A stretch of 64,000 nucleotides of DNA from an uncultured virus (IMG/VR IMGVR_UViG_3300037295_000360) (lineage: Duplodnaviria; Heunggongvirae; Uroviricota; Caudoviricetes): positions 62,001 through 126,000 of the IMG/VR virus record IMGVR_UViG_3300037295_000360; one strand, written 5' to 3'. The notes under the pieces were generated by a model. That model had not been told where the DNA came from. It saw only the letters and a list, made by a program, of their open reading frames with translations, and ran no database searches. Of the stretch, positions 37,456 to 47,341 are shown one piece after another (position 1 is the stretch's first letter; each line of letters starts with the position of its first letter). Position numbers and translations under genes: made by a program.

Positions 37456-38748
37456 ATGAATAATATCGATGATGCCAATATCTTAAAAAATGCCCTTGTT
37501 GGCGTTGAATTTGAATTCTATTCAAATTTTAGTGCCGAAGAAACAGCTAAAAAAATAGCAATTCTTTTAGGCAAAAAAATTCATGTTGAAATAAAGGCGC
37601 ACAGTGCGTTTGAAGTAACACAGGATGCATTTAAAATAGAACCTGACATGTCAGGTGGAGCAAAACTTCTTGAATTAGTAACCGGTGCACTTCCTTATTA
37701 TGCAGCACGTTTAATGATAATTAACATGTGTGCTTGGATTGATGAAAATGGATATACAAATGACAGAACATCTATTCACTTAAATTTATCATTTGATAAA
37801 TCAAAAATAGATAACAAGTATAGGATTTCTAAAATGAATGTTCTTAAATTTATTTTAGATTTTAATGAAGATCAGGTCTTTAAGTTCTTTCATGAAAGAG
37901 AAAATTCAGCATACGCCAAATCAATAAAATTTGTTTTACCAAAGGAAGATACTTACTTCTTTGATGGACACCATATTAATTCACATAACTTTATATTTCC
38001 AGATACTAAATATTATGGAATCAATTTTGACAAAAGACATAAAAACTATCTTGAATTTAGATATGTTGGAGGTGCTGACTGGCAAAAGAAAACTACAACT
38101 ATTCTATATTTAGTAGACCGTTTTCTATTACAAGTTTGGAAGTCTACTGAAAATAATGAATTTAGTAATTTAAATGCATTAGAGCTTAGGCGTATAGTTA
38201 CTAGTAATCAAAGGATTATTGATGCTAGAAAGGATTGGAAAACCATTAAGGAAAACTGGAAAGATGTTAAATTTACAGTTGATTTAAACGAAAATCCAAA
38301 AATAGTAGATATATATTGGCCTGTTGTAAAGGACAGAGTAATGCGATTATTTACACACGGTGACCTATCAAAGGGACATATTAATTATGATTCAGATAGT
38401 GGAAGAATTCAAATTGCAAACGGAAGACTCGAATATTGTGTAGATATTAGAAACTATGAATTTGTTAATTGTTTTCTTAGAGGAGAATTTACAGAATGTG
38501 ATATATATGGTTCTGATGTAAATGGGTCGGATATCCATTATTGCAATTTTTATTCAGGTACTCAGATTAATGATTCTAAAATTGACGGATCATATGTTCA
38601 TGGGTCATGTGTCACTAAGGATTGTTATGTGTATGGTAAAGGAACATTTAAAGGAACAATGAATGGAGGAATATTCAGAGAAGGAACCTACGATAAAAAA
38701 CTAGCAAAATTTAATGATGTTGAAATTATTAAATCAAAAACAATATAA
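37456..38748 (+). CDS. Putative amidoligase (COOH-NH2 ligase) with beta-solenoid-like C-terminus
   Basis: VGVEFEF, IEPDMS, ELVT, TSIHLNL, KYYGINF, YLEFRYVGG. Confidence 0.75.
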   Translation: MNNIDDANILKNALVGVEFEFYSNFSAEETAKKIAILLGKKIHVEIKAHSAFEVTQDAFKIEPDMSGGAKLLELVTGALPYYAARLMIINMCAWIDENGYTNDRTSIHLNLSFDKSKIDNKYRISKMNVLKFILDFNEDQVFKFFHERENSAYAKSIKFVLPKEDTYFFDGHHINSHNFIFPDTKYYGINFDKRHKNYLEFRYVGGADWQKKTTTILYLVDRFLLQVWKSTENNEFSNLNALELRRIVTSNQRIIDARKDWKTIKENWKDVKFTVDLNENPKIVDIYWPVVKDRVMRLFTHGDLSKGHINYDSDSGRIQIANGRLEYCVDIRNYEFVNCFLRGEFTECDIYGSDVNGSDIHYCNFYSGTQINDSKIDGSYVHGSCVTKDCYVYGKGTFKGTMNGGIFREGTYDKKLAKFNDVEIIKSKTI

Positions 38749-38764
38749 AAAATAAATAAACATT

Positions 38765-39595
38765 ATGAGTGAAACAATAGTAGGAGATATTAATTCACTA
38801 CAAAATCCAGAATGGGATACTGCATGTTTTAATAGCTTTGTAGATGAATTGGCAGATGAGGTTACAGGTTCATGTATGATTCCTATGAATCTTCCAAAAA
38901 AAGAAGTTCAAAATATAGTAAAACGTGCAAAGAAATGGTTCTATAAGAATTATGAATACTCAGTTAGAGAAGGCTTTATGGTATTGCCATACACATTATT
39001 TGAAAGTGAGCATTTTAAAAAGACAAGAAGTTTTCTTTTACCAGGTATGGATATAACTACTGGAGGAAATGAAGTATATTCAGTATATGGTTTATTTGAA
39101 GTAGGTTCTAATTGGGGAGGTACTACTGATATTAACTTTATACAAGGTGATTTTGCAATCGAACGAATGTTAATGGGTGGAATGTATGGTGGATCTAATA
39201 CCGGAGCAGCTGCTGAAAATTTACAAGCATATGTTATTAATGAAAGTTTTTTTGATTTAGCTCGACAGATTATTCAAAATCCAATATCTTTTCATTATAA
39301 TCAACTTACACATGAACTTAGAATAATGGGAGAGACACCTAGGAGAGATGTTATATTAGAAATATATGAAACTATTCCGGAATGTGCTCTCTTTCAGGAC
39401 GAAGCTTTTTTCAGATATTGTGCAGCTAAAATTAAAATATCATTAGGTCAAAAGCTAGGAATATTTGGATTTTCTCTTCCGGGAAATATTCAAATAAATC
39501 CAAATTTAATTAAAGATCTTGGTACAGAGGAATTAGAAGCAATCATTGAAGAGATTAAGAGTGACGAAGGAACTGATTGGATGATGCATTCTTAA
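38765..39595 (+). CDS. Neck/head-tail adaptor (T4 gp13-like)
   Basis: YCAAKIKISLGQKLGIF...LPGNIQIN...EELEAI. Confidence 0.7.
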   Translation: MSETIVGDINSLQNPEWDTACFNSFVDELADEVTGSCMIPMNLPKKEVQNIVKRAKKWFYKNYEYSVREGFMVLPYTLFESEHFKKTRSFLLPGMDITTGGNEVYSVYGLFEVGSNWGGTTDINFIQGDFAIERMLMGGMYGGSNTGAAAENLQAYVINESFFDLARQIIQNPISFHYNQLTHELRIMGETPRRDVILEIYETIPECALFQDEAFFRYCAAKIKISLGQKLGIFGFSLPGNIQINPNLIKDLGTEELEAIIEEIKSDEGTDWMMHS

Positions 39596-39611
39596 ACAAA
39601 TATATACAATA

Positions 39612-39965
39612 ATGGAAATATATATAAAAACAATCGAGGACCCTAATTACACTACAAATCAATTAGAAGTAGGTTCAGAGGTTCAAATGTTATTAACTCA
39701 AATAGAAAATCTTATTTTTACAAAAAGAGGTGATGTATTAGGGGATGCTGACTTTGGATTAAATCTCGAAGACTATGTATATTCATTTAGTTATAATGAT
39801 AATATGTTAAAGGGATATATTGAAAAAAGCATATCAACATATATTCCACTAGCATCAAAATACAATGTTAATGTTAATGTTGAATTTGCAACAGAAACAG
39901 AAAGAAATTTGGTATTTGTTGATATCGTAATTGACAACACATTCGGAATTCAAATTTCACTATAA
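39612..39965 (+). CDS. Baseplate gp25-like sheath initiator
   Basis: QIENLIFTKRGDVLGDADFGLNLEDY. Confidence 0.85.
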   Translation: MEIYIKTIEDPNYTTNQLEVGSEVQMLLTQIENLIFTKRGDVLGDADFGLNLEDYVYSFSYNDNMLKGYIEKSISTYIPLASKYNVNVNVEFATETERNLVFVDIVIDNTFGIQISL

Positions 39966-39977
39966 AATATAATAAAA

Positions 39978-41798
39978 ATGGAAGAACTTAAATTTTTATC
40001 AAAAACAAGAATAAAGGCTACTGAAATGATAGCAGACACTCGAACATATATCAGTAGATTATATGGAAGAGGTGGAGAGCTATTTACAACAGCTTCTCCT
40101 TTTTCTCAAATATTACAAGTATTAGCTGAGATTTCAAACCTAATTTTTTTTTATATCGAAGATGCTACGGTTGAACAAAACATATTAACCGCTCAAAATA
40201 AAGAATCTATATATGGTTTGGCGAGGCTAGCCGGTCATGATGCATTTAGAGGTTCTTCATCAATTGGTGAAATTAAAGTAAGATTAAATACAAGCGCATT
40301 TAATGAAATAGGAGGGGATGCTATTAATATATCTGCTAACTCGATTATAACTTCAACTAAAAATGGACTTGAGTATGTATTAAGAACAAGTGCTGATCAA
40401 TTTAGAATTGATAAAAACAACGCAGACTATATCTATATACCGATCATACAAGGAAAGGTGGAGAGTCAGGAAATAACAGGTACTGGTGAAAAACTCCAAT
40501 CATTCAATATAATTATTAAAAAGAATACAGATCATGATTCAGTAAGAGTTACTGTTAATAGTGAATTATGGACTAAGTATGATTCTTTATATGATATGAA
40601 AGTTGGTAGCAAAGGATATATTGTAAAGACAGGAATTTCAGGAGGATTAGATATTTATTTCGGAAATGGATCATTTGGAAATATTCCAACAGAAGGAGCC
40701 ACTATCAAAATAGACTATATTGTTACTTCAGGTTCTATTGGTAATTTATCAGGTTCTAATGATCTTAATTTTAAATTTAAAACCGAAGGATTTGATTCAT
40801 TAGGAAATTTTTATGATTTAAATAAATTATTAGAGGCTTCGTTTACAGTAGCACCTGTTATGGGAGCAGATCCAGAGCCAATTGAACTTACTAAGTTAAT
40901 AGCACCTCTACAAAGTCATTCATTTGTTTTAGCAACTCCAAAGAATTACGAAGCATTTTTATCTAAATATGGTATGTTCTCATATTTAGAAGCATACAAC
41001 ACAACTGATGATGGATATTTAGACGACGATAACGTTATTTATTTATTCATGTTACCTGATGTTTTAAGAAAACTTACAAAAAATAATGACTATTTTAATT
41101 TAAATTTAGAAGAGTTTTTCTTTTCTGAAAATGAAAAAAATGGAATTTTACGAGTTCTTGAAGAATCCGGACAACAAATGTTAACTACTGAAGTTAAAAT
41201 AGTAGAACCTAAAGTTCAATATTTTAGAATGGATATTAAGGTTAGATATTTCGAAGGATTTGATAAGACAAATTTAAGTAATGTAATTCGTTCAAAAATA
41301 TCTAATTATTTAATTAATATTACACGTAGAGATAGATTACCTAAATCTGATATTATTGCATTGTTAGAGGGTGTTGATGGAATCGATTCAGTAAATGTTA
41401 GATTTGTGTCAGAGACTGAAGAAAGTGCAAGAAGACTTGGTTATTATGTTAGTGAAACAATCACAGTAACACCAAGTATTCCATTACTTGAGGATATTGG
41501 AAATGGAAAACAAAAATATGTTTTCTTTAAAAGAACAGTAAATTCAACCAACATTACCTTTGAAAAAGGGGCAGCATTACCTGAGAATGTAATCAATCTT
41601 GATTCATTTGGAGATATCTTATTAGATAAAGAAGAAGTTGCACTTTTTAGAGGTGGATGGATGGATCGAGATGGAATTGTAGTATTGGATGATGTGAAGA
41701 TGGGAGAAATGGCTGCACTTTCTATTTATTTTGACGAGCCAGCTGTTAAAAACACAGTTTTTACTAGAATACAATCACAAAATAGAAGAGCATTATAA
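39978..41798 (+). CDS. Baseplate wedge protein (gp6-like)
   Basis: FYIEDATVEQNILTAQNKESIYGLARLAG, IYFGNGSFGNIP, GADPE; follows gp25. Confidence 0.8.
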   Translation: MEELKFLSKTRIKATEMIADTRTYISRLYGRGGELFTTASPFSQILQVLAEISNLIFFYIEDATVEQNILTAQNKESIYGLARLAGHDAFRGSSSIGEIKVRLNTSAFNEIGGDAINISANSIITSTKNGLEYVLRTSADQFRIDKNNADYIYIPIIQGKVESQEITGTGEKLQSFNIIIKKNTDHDSVRVTVNSELWTKYDSLYDMKVGSKGYIVKTGISGGLDIYFGNGSFGNIPTEGATIKIDYIVTSGSIGNLSGSNDLNFKFKTEGFDSLGNFYDLNKLLEASFTVAPVMGADPEPIELTKLIAPLQSHSFVLATPKNYEAFLSKYGMFSYLEAYNTTDDGYLDDDNVIYLFMLPDVLRKLTKNNDYFNLNLEEFFFSENEKNGILRVLEESGQQMLTTEVKIVEPKVQYFRMDIKVRYFEGFDKTNLSNVIRSKISNYLINITRRDRLPKSDIIALLEGVDGIDSVNVRFVSETEESARRLGYYVSETITVTPSIPLLEDIGNGKQKYVFFKRTVNSTNITFEKGAALPENVINLDSFGDILLDKEEVALFRGGWMDRDGIVVLDDVKMGEMAALSIYFDEPAVKNTVFTRIQSQNRRAL

Positions 41799-42067
41799 TG
41801 GATTTATTTAGTAATTTATTTAAAGTACGTAAAGTAAAAGGATACAGTTCTCGTTTGTCAATAATGGACAAACGATTACATGTAGGAAACGACTATAGAA
41901 ATAACATGTTAGTTAATTCGTTATCAAAGTATATTCAAAGAAACGATACTATGAATGATTTTGTAATAATGATTCAACATGTTGTTGCTGATTTTGTTGA
42001 TTCAGTAACATACTTGAAGGCGTATAAATCCTTTACAATCAAAAAGGACGATAAAAAAGTTAAATAA
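41798..42067 (+). CDS. Hypothetical baseplate-region protein
   Basis: 89-aa coupled ORF. Confidence 0.65.
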   Translation: MDLFSNLFKVRKVKGYSSRLSIMDKRLHVGNDYRNNMLVNSLSKYIQRNDTMNDFVIMIQHVVADFVDSVTYLKAYKSFTIKKDDKKVK

Positions 42068-42068
42068 A

Positions 42069-44825
42069 ATGGCATATAAAAATTTAAGATTTTTTGATAG
42101 TGAATCGAATGACATTAACCTTATATATAATTCAGATACGGATATATGGGAAGGTGTTTGTTATTTGCCCAAGGTATCGGTGGGTTTATATGAAACACTT
42201 ACAATTTATATACTTGAGGAGGTAAAGGGAATATTAGGAAATATTAAATATATTACTCCTATTTCAGAAAATGCCGGCAGCTCTGTTTTTAAATTTAAAT
42301 TCTTTAGTGGATATGAATTTAGTGAAGATATATTCATGTACAGTGCTTCTAATATTAATGGAGATTTAGAAATTAAAAAAGATGAATTTCAGATATTTAA
42401 TTTACTTGATTCGAATAATAGTAATTCAATAGAAGAATCAACAGGATTAAAGATAATAGAATCTGCATTACCCCTTGAGCCTATTAAATGTAATGTTGCA
42501 TTAATGAGTATGATCGACAATTATCACACGAGACTTCTTGATATTACTGAAATTAATAATGGTGTTGAGACTTTAATTGCAACTATTAGAATTTACGGAG
42601 AAACTGAAGAAGAAGATGAGAGATTAGGTGTATTACTTTCAAATATTGGAATGACGTTATCACCTAGTGAATTTATTATACTTAAGGATTCTAATATAAA
42701 TGAGTTGTCTCCTGATTGGATTCTAATGAATCAAAAAAGAAAGGAATTATTACTAGAAGCAAGCAAAATCAAACCTTTTATTGGAACATACAAGGCAATA
42801 TTAAACGCTATTGATTTTTTCGGTTATGATAAGTTAACTTTAAAAGAATATTGGTTGTATATAAATGATCAATCTGAGAATTTCGGTAAATTAAAGGCAG
42901 TTCCTGTTCCTGGACAGGATGTTGTTGGATTTTTAGCAAATAAAGATAAAGAGATCGTACTTCCTAGCTCTAATTTAAAAAAGACAAGCAGATTTTCTTT
43001 AGTGTATCGATTAAATGATGTAGATGGCGGAATTGATGAGTGGGATATTCCAACAGTTAAAGAGGCTTTTGATTATTCCCCTGAAGAAGTCTTAATTAAA
43101 TTATATGGTTTAAAAAAGAAACTACAGAGTGATTTTTTACCACTACACGCAAAAATAGTAGATATTACAGGGGAAGGGGATTACTTTTCTCAATTTAATT
43201 TAAACGTTTGGAATAATCAACATCTTATTAAATATCAACAAGCTGGAGTAAATGTTGAATTTATTAAATTTCCAGAAACTCGTCAGTTATTTATAGAAGA
43301 TCTTAGAAAAGTAGATTATAGATTAACTGGAATCAACCAAGATCTTAATTCGATATCAATCACTGATAGAATTGAAATATGTAATTCCATTACAGGATTT
43401 TATGATGGATATTACACAGCCGACATGTCAACCTATAATACTCTTAGTGGAATTCCAATTGGATGTCCTGTTGTATTAAAATCAGATTCATTTATGACAT
43501 CATGGGATTCTGCTGATTTTTCATATATGGACGCGGAAGACACTGGAGATCATATGTTAACATGGAACACATGGTGGAATCATGGTGTTTATGAAATAGA
43601 ATGGAATGTAAAGGGTCCTAATAATTATGAGAAAACTTATCGAGGTCCTGTTGGATACTGGGACAATAATGATGATTTTAAACCAGAGTATCAGGAATTT
43701 CCAATAGTATTGCCATATGAGGGAAACTATCAAGTAGAGCTTGCACTTTATGATCTTTATAATGTTCGTAGTGTATGTCGAAAAAAAGATTTTATTAACG
43801 TTAAAAATAAAAACGTTGAGATATATGGAATTTATCAAAAGATGGTTCCTGAACTAAATTGGAGCAAATATAAATATGATTGGGACGTAGTAGGAAGTGA
43901 CTGGAATTGGTCTAGGGAAAACATTACAGATTTGGATAGTATTATTGCAACGTACTACTTAACACTAGACAGGGCAAATTACGTACATGATGGTGATGAT
44001 GGAATAGAATTTTCGACAGTTAGTAGATATGTTAATAGTAGTAGTCCAACTGGATTTAGCGAAACAGCAGGACCTTATCAATGGAAAGAATTAAGAGAAC
44101 ACACATGGAATGATGGAGTTACCATTAATTGGGAAATGATGAGAATTGGAGCCGACATTAATTCTTCATTTAAAATAAACCTAAATCAAAAAACAAACGG
44201 ACATACGTTTTTTATTAAGCAAATAGATACATTAACTAATATAGAGGTATTAGACGAATATGAAATACTAAGTGTGTATCCAGTGGACCAATATGATTTA
44301 GCGGCATGGAATAATATTGCAATTGAACTTTCAAACTTGAATCCAACTGATCATCCATTGTTTTCAAAGTTTAATTACAATCCTATTATAACAGATGCAA
44401 GTGGCGATGGAATATTAGACCAATGTGATTTTATGTTAATTGTTGCAGAAATACCATCAAGAACACATGACTATTCTGCTGTAGGTTTTTCCAATACATT
44501 AGGTGGTGAAATAATTGCAAATTCTGAAGTTCACTTTGAAAGTTATAATCCTAATTTTAATAATTTACATGTAATAGACACACATGTAAATGTTAATATG
44601 TTAAATCATGTTACATTCTCATATGACAACACACGAATGCCAGGAATTATTTTACAAAAATGGACTTTAAAAAACAATAGCAAAAATGTAGATGATATAT
44701 ATTATAATAATCAATGGCTTACATATTTATTTAAACATAAAGGAGACTATACTTTAGAACTGGAATTAACAGACTCTAATGGAAATAAAAACAAAATAAA
44801 CAAAAATATATTAAAAATTATATAA
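42069..44825 (+). CDS. Baseplate wedge protein (gp7-like) with PKD/Ig-like modules
   Basis: IGTYKAILNAIDFFGY; EGNYQVELALYD and KGDYTLELELTDSNGN. Confidence 0.55.
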   Translation: MAYKNLRFFDSESNDINLIYNSDTDIWEGVCYLPKVSVGLYETLTIYILEEVKGILGNIKYITPISENAGSSVFKFKFFSGYEFSEDIFMYSASNINGDLEIKKDEFQIFNLLDSNNSNSIEESTGLKIIESALPLEPIKCNVALMSMIDNYHTRLLDITEINNGVETLIATIRIYGETEEEDERLGVLLSNIGMTLSPSEFIILKDSNINELSPDWILMNQKRKELLLEASKIKPFIGTYKAILNAIDFFGYDKLTLKEYWLYINDQSENFGKLKAVPVPGQDVVGFLANKDKEIVLPSSNLKKTSRFSLVYRLNDVDGGIDEWDIPTVKEAFDYSPEEVLIKLYGLKKKLQSDFLPLHAKIVDITGEGDYFSQFNLNVWNNQHLIKYQQAGVNVEFIKFPETRQLFIEDLRKVDYRLTGINQDLNSISITDRIEICNSITGFYDGYYTADMSTYNTLSGIPIGCPVVLKSDSFMTSWDSADFSYMDAEDTGDHMLTWNTWWNHGVYEIEWNVKGPNNYEKTYRGPVGYWDNNDDFKPEYQEFPIVLPYEGNYQVELALYDLYNVRSVCRKKDFINVKNKNVEIYGIYQKMVPELNWSKYKYDWDVVGSDWNWSRENITDLDSIIATYYLTLDRANYVHDGDDGIEFSTVSRYVNSSSPTGFSETAGPYQWKELREHTWNDGVTINWEMMRIGADINSSFKINLNQKTNGHTFFIKQIDTLTNIEVLDEYEILSVYPVDQYDLAAWNNIAIELSNLNPTDHPLFSKFNYNPIITDASGDGILDQCDFMLIVAEIPSRTHDYSAVGFSNTLGGEIIANSEVHFESYNPNFNNLHVIDTHVNVNMLNHVTFSYDNTRMPGIILQKWTLKNNSKNVDDIYYNNQWLTYLFKHKGDYTLELELTDSNGNKNKINKNILKII

Positions 44826-45392
44826 ATGGCAAATATAACATTAATGTTGGGAACCGATAGTGTTTCATCTTCTAGGCTCGTAATTAACAACAATTTTACA
44901 GCTTTAAATGAAGAATTAGCGGCTATAGCTGCACTATTCAACACAGAACAACAAACAATTGTACTTTCAGGCAAAATTACAGCATCACTATTACGTATTA
45001 ATAATGGAACTATTGATACATTATTAGTAAACGCAGCAGATATCGTTGCTAATTTACCAATAATAGCAAATAGTAGTGTTACATTGAACAATGCTCTTGT
45101 ATGTAAGATCGAAACAAATGTATCATTACTACCTGTCGCTGATTCATATCAAAGTACAACATACGTATTAGCGGGTCAATTGTTCCCTAATCCTATATTG
45201 CTTACAGATGCAATTGAAGGCCAAACATTAACATTTATTGTTGAAGATGAAGAAGTTACATTTAATACTACAAATATAAATGGAGTATCTTCAGTAACTG
45301 TGCCAGTTGCTGGTTCTATTACGCTTACTATGGTCGGAGGAGCATTCTATATTGTATCAAATACATCGAATACTGTAGTAGTATATTCATAA
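44826..45392 (+). CDS. Virion protein with gp9/gp10-like N-terminus
   Basis: GTDSVSSSRLVINNNFTALN. Confidence 0.5.
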   Translation: MANITLMLGTDSVSSSRLVINNNFTALNEELAAIAALFNTEQQTIVLSGKITASLLRINNGTIDTLLVNAADIVANLPIIANSSVTLNNALVCKIETNVSLLPVADSYQSTTYVLAGQLFPNPILLTDAIEGQTLTFIVEDEEVTFNTTNINGVSSVTVPVAGSITLTMVGGAFYIVSNTSNTVVVYS

Positions 45393-45408
45393 AAATAAAA
45401 AAGCATAA

Positions 45409-47340
45409 ATGGCTACACCATTAATAAGAATACCACAAGAACAAGGAGGAACCATGTATGCGTTTTCAAGCGCCGCTAGAGATTTGACGCGAGCATACAA
45501 TAACCCAGATATTAATTTTGAGTATTCTAAGTTTGCGTTGATAGATATTCCAGTAGTTGCAACACCAGGTAATGGTGAAAACTATATTCAATTTGAAAAT
45601 CTTTTTGAAGGAGGAGCACAAGATACACCTTATATTCCAGGCGGAGATGCTAATGTTGAATTTGCAGAAACATTTCAAAACTATGCATTAAATCTGGAAA
45701 ACTTTATATTAAGTGACGATGATTTTGATCCTTCTTTATTTTTAGCAGATTCTGAAAAGATCTTTTTTAAATGGATGAATCATATCGGTGCGCTTGATTT
45801 AAAAAATGCAACATCGCAGTATGCTGTAGGTGGTATTTCCAGAGCAATAGAACTTGAAGAAATTACAGAAACAGGAAGTAATTATAATAGATTAGTAAAA
45901 TATATTGGAAATATTGATGTTTCTAATGATAAGAACTATCAAGGAAATACTTACAACGAAATATTTATAAACGTTCCATCGTCAGTTGGATTTACACCTG
46001 ATGTTTTATTTAAGTCATCTAATTATAATACAACAGCAACATCATATTTGCCTTCTGATTTTATTAATGGTAGACAAGGTCAAACACATCCTGATGCGAA
46101 TCTAACTTTAGGGTCATTGGGCGACAGGGAATCTGATGGTGCAATTAGCCTTAATCCAGTTGACGCATATAATTATGGAATAGATTTTGATGCTTCATCA
46201 TATGCTAGAATAATAAATGATCCTTCATTAAATAATTTACTAGATTATTCTAAAAGAGGTGGAGACTTTAGGTTTAATGCAATCCTTGTTTATTATGATT
46301 TATATTCAAAGTCAAATAGTGTTAATAGATCTACCAATCTATATGGTGTTATAATACTTGATAATTTTAAAAACGATGCATCTTCAACAGGATCATATAT
46401 ACCTGAATTAACTAAGTATAAGCCAAATGAAGTTACAGGATTAAATGGTAACGCGTTTGCGTTAAAGTTAAACGTTAAATTTAACTCTTCTCTTGATAAT
46501 GTAGGTGTTGAATCTAATATAAACGATTACACTACGTTTTCGATGGACATTTTTCTAGACACAACGACTGCATTGGAAAATGCTGCTAAATTAATGATAG
46601 AAGCTAATAGTAGATATACATCTATTTTTGATAGACTTGTTGTAGTTGAAGATCTTTTATTAACAACAGCTGAATCAAATGGCGTTAAATCTAAACTTAA
46701 TGAAATAGAAATCATGCTTGAAAATGCAATATTAAATTACGCAGATTCAAGCTCTATTGTCGACATGATATCTTCTATTAATAATAGATTAAATCAGGTG
46801 ATTAATGGTGTAATTCCAAGTGAGGTTCAATATAATACAGATGTACTATCACCTGGAAATGGAATTTTAATTGATAAAACTAATCCATCTAAAATAAAAA
46901 TAGTAAATAATAATAATGGATATAATTTAAACGATTTATTTGAATTTGATTTTAATTCCATGACAACAGGAACTCTGGTTAATTTAACAAATAAATTTAA
47001 TATGACATTGGCAGCTGCAAATGGATTAATTACTAGAATTAGACCATTTGATAACTTATTAAGAATTCACACTGACGGTGGTATACCCTCTGGAGATTTA
47101 AATATATATTTAGATGATAGCATTAATCAATGGAAAAAGGGACAAACTGTTAAAATTTCATTTAAAGATGCATTAATAAATATAGGAAATAATAAAATAA
47201 ATTTCTACACAGACCGGAATAATGGATGGAAATTAAAGGCAGTAATAGGTACATCTAATCTATTAAGCATATCACCATACATTGAACTAATATGTGTTGA
47301 TGAAATAAACAAGACGTTTGAACTTGAAATTATAAGATAA
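45409..47340 (+). CDS. Putative virion structural protein
   Basis: 643-aa ORF in the structural operon. Confidence 0.6.
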   Translation: MATPLIRIPQEQGGTMYAFSSAARDLTRAYNNPDINFEYSKFALIDIPVVATPGNGENYIQFENLFEGGAQDTPYIPGGDANVEFAETFQNYALNLENFILSDDDFDPSLFLADSEKIFFKWMNHIGALDLKNATSQYAVGGISRAIELEEITETGSNYNRLVKYIGNIDVSNDKNYQGNTYNEIFINVPSSVGFTPDVLFKSSNYNTTATSYLPSDFINGRQGQTHPDANLTLGSLGDRESDGAISLNPVDAYNYGIDFDASSYARIINDPSLNNLLDYSKRGGDFRFNAILVYYDLYSKSNSVNRSTNLYGVIILDNFKNDASSTGSYIPELTKYKPNEVTGLNGNAFALKLNVKFNSSLDNVGVESNINDYTTFSMDIFLDTTTALENAAKLMIEANSRYTSIFDRLVVVEDLLLTTAESNGVKSKLNEIEIMLENAILNYADSSSIVDMISSINNRLNQVINGVIPSEVQYNTDVLSPGNGILIDKTNPSKIKIVNNNNGYNLNDLFEFDFNSMTTGTLVNLTNKFNMTLAAANGLITRIRPFDNLLRIHTDGGIPSGDLNIYLDDSINQWKKGQTVKISFKDALINIGNNKINFYTDRNNGWKLKAVIGTSNLLSISPYIELICVDEINKTFELEIIR

Positions 47341-47341
47341 T

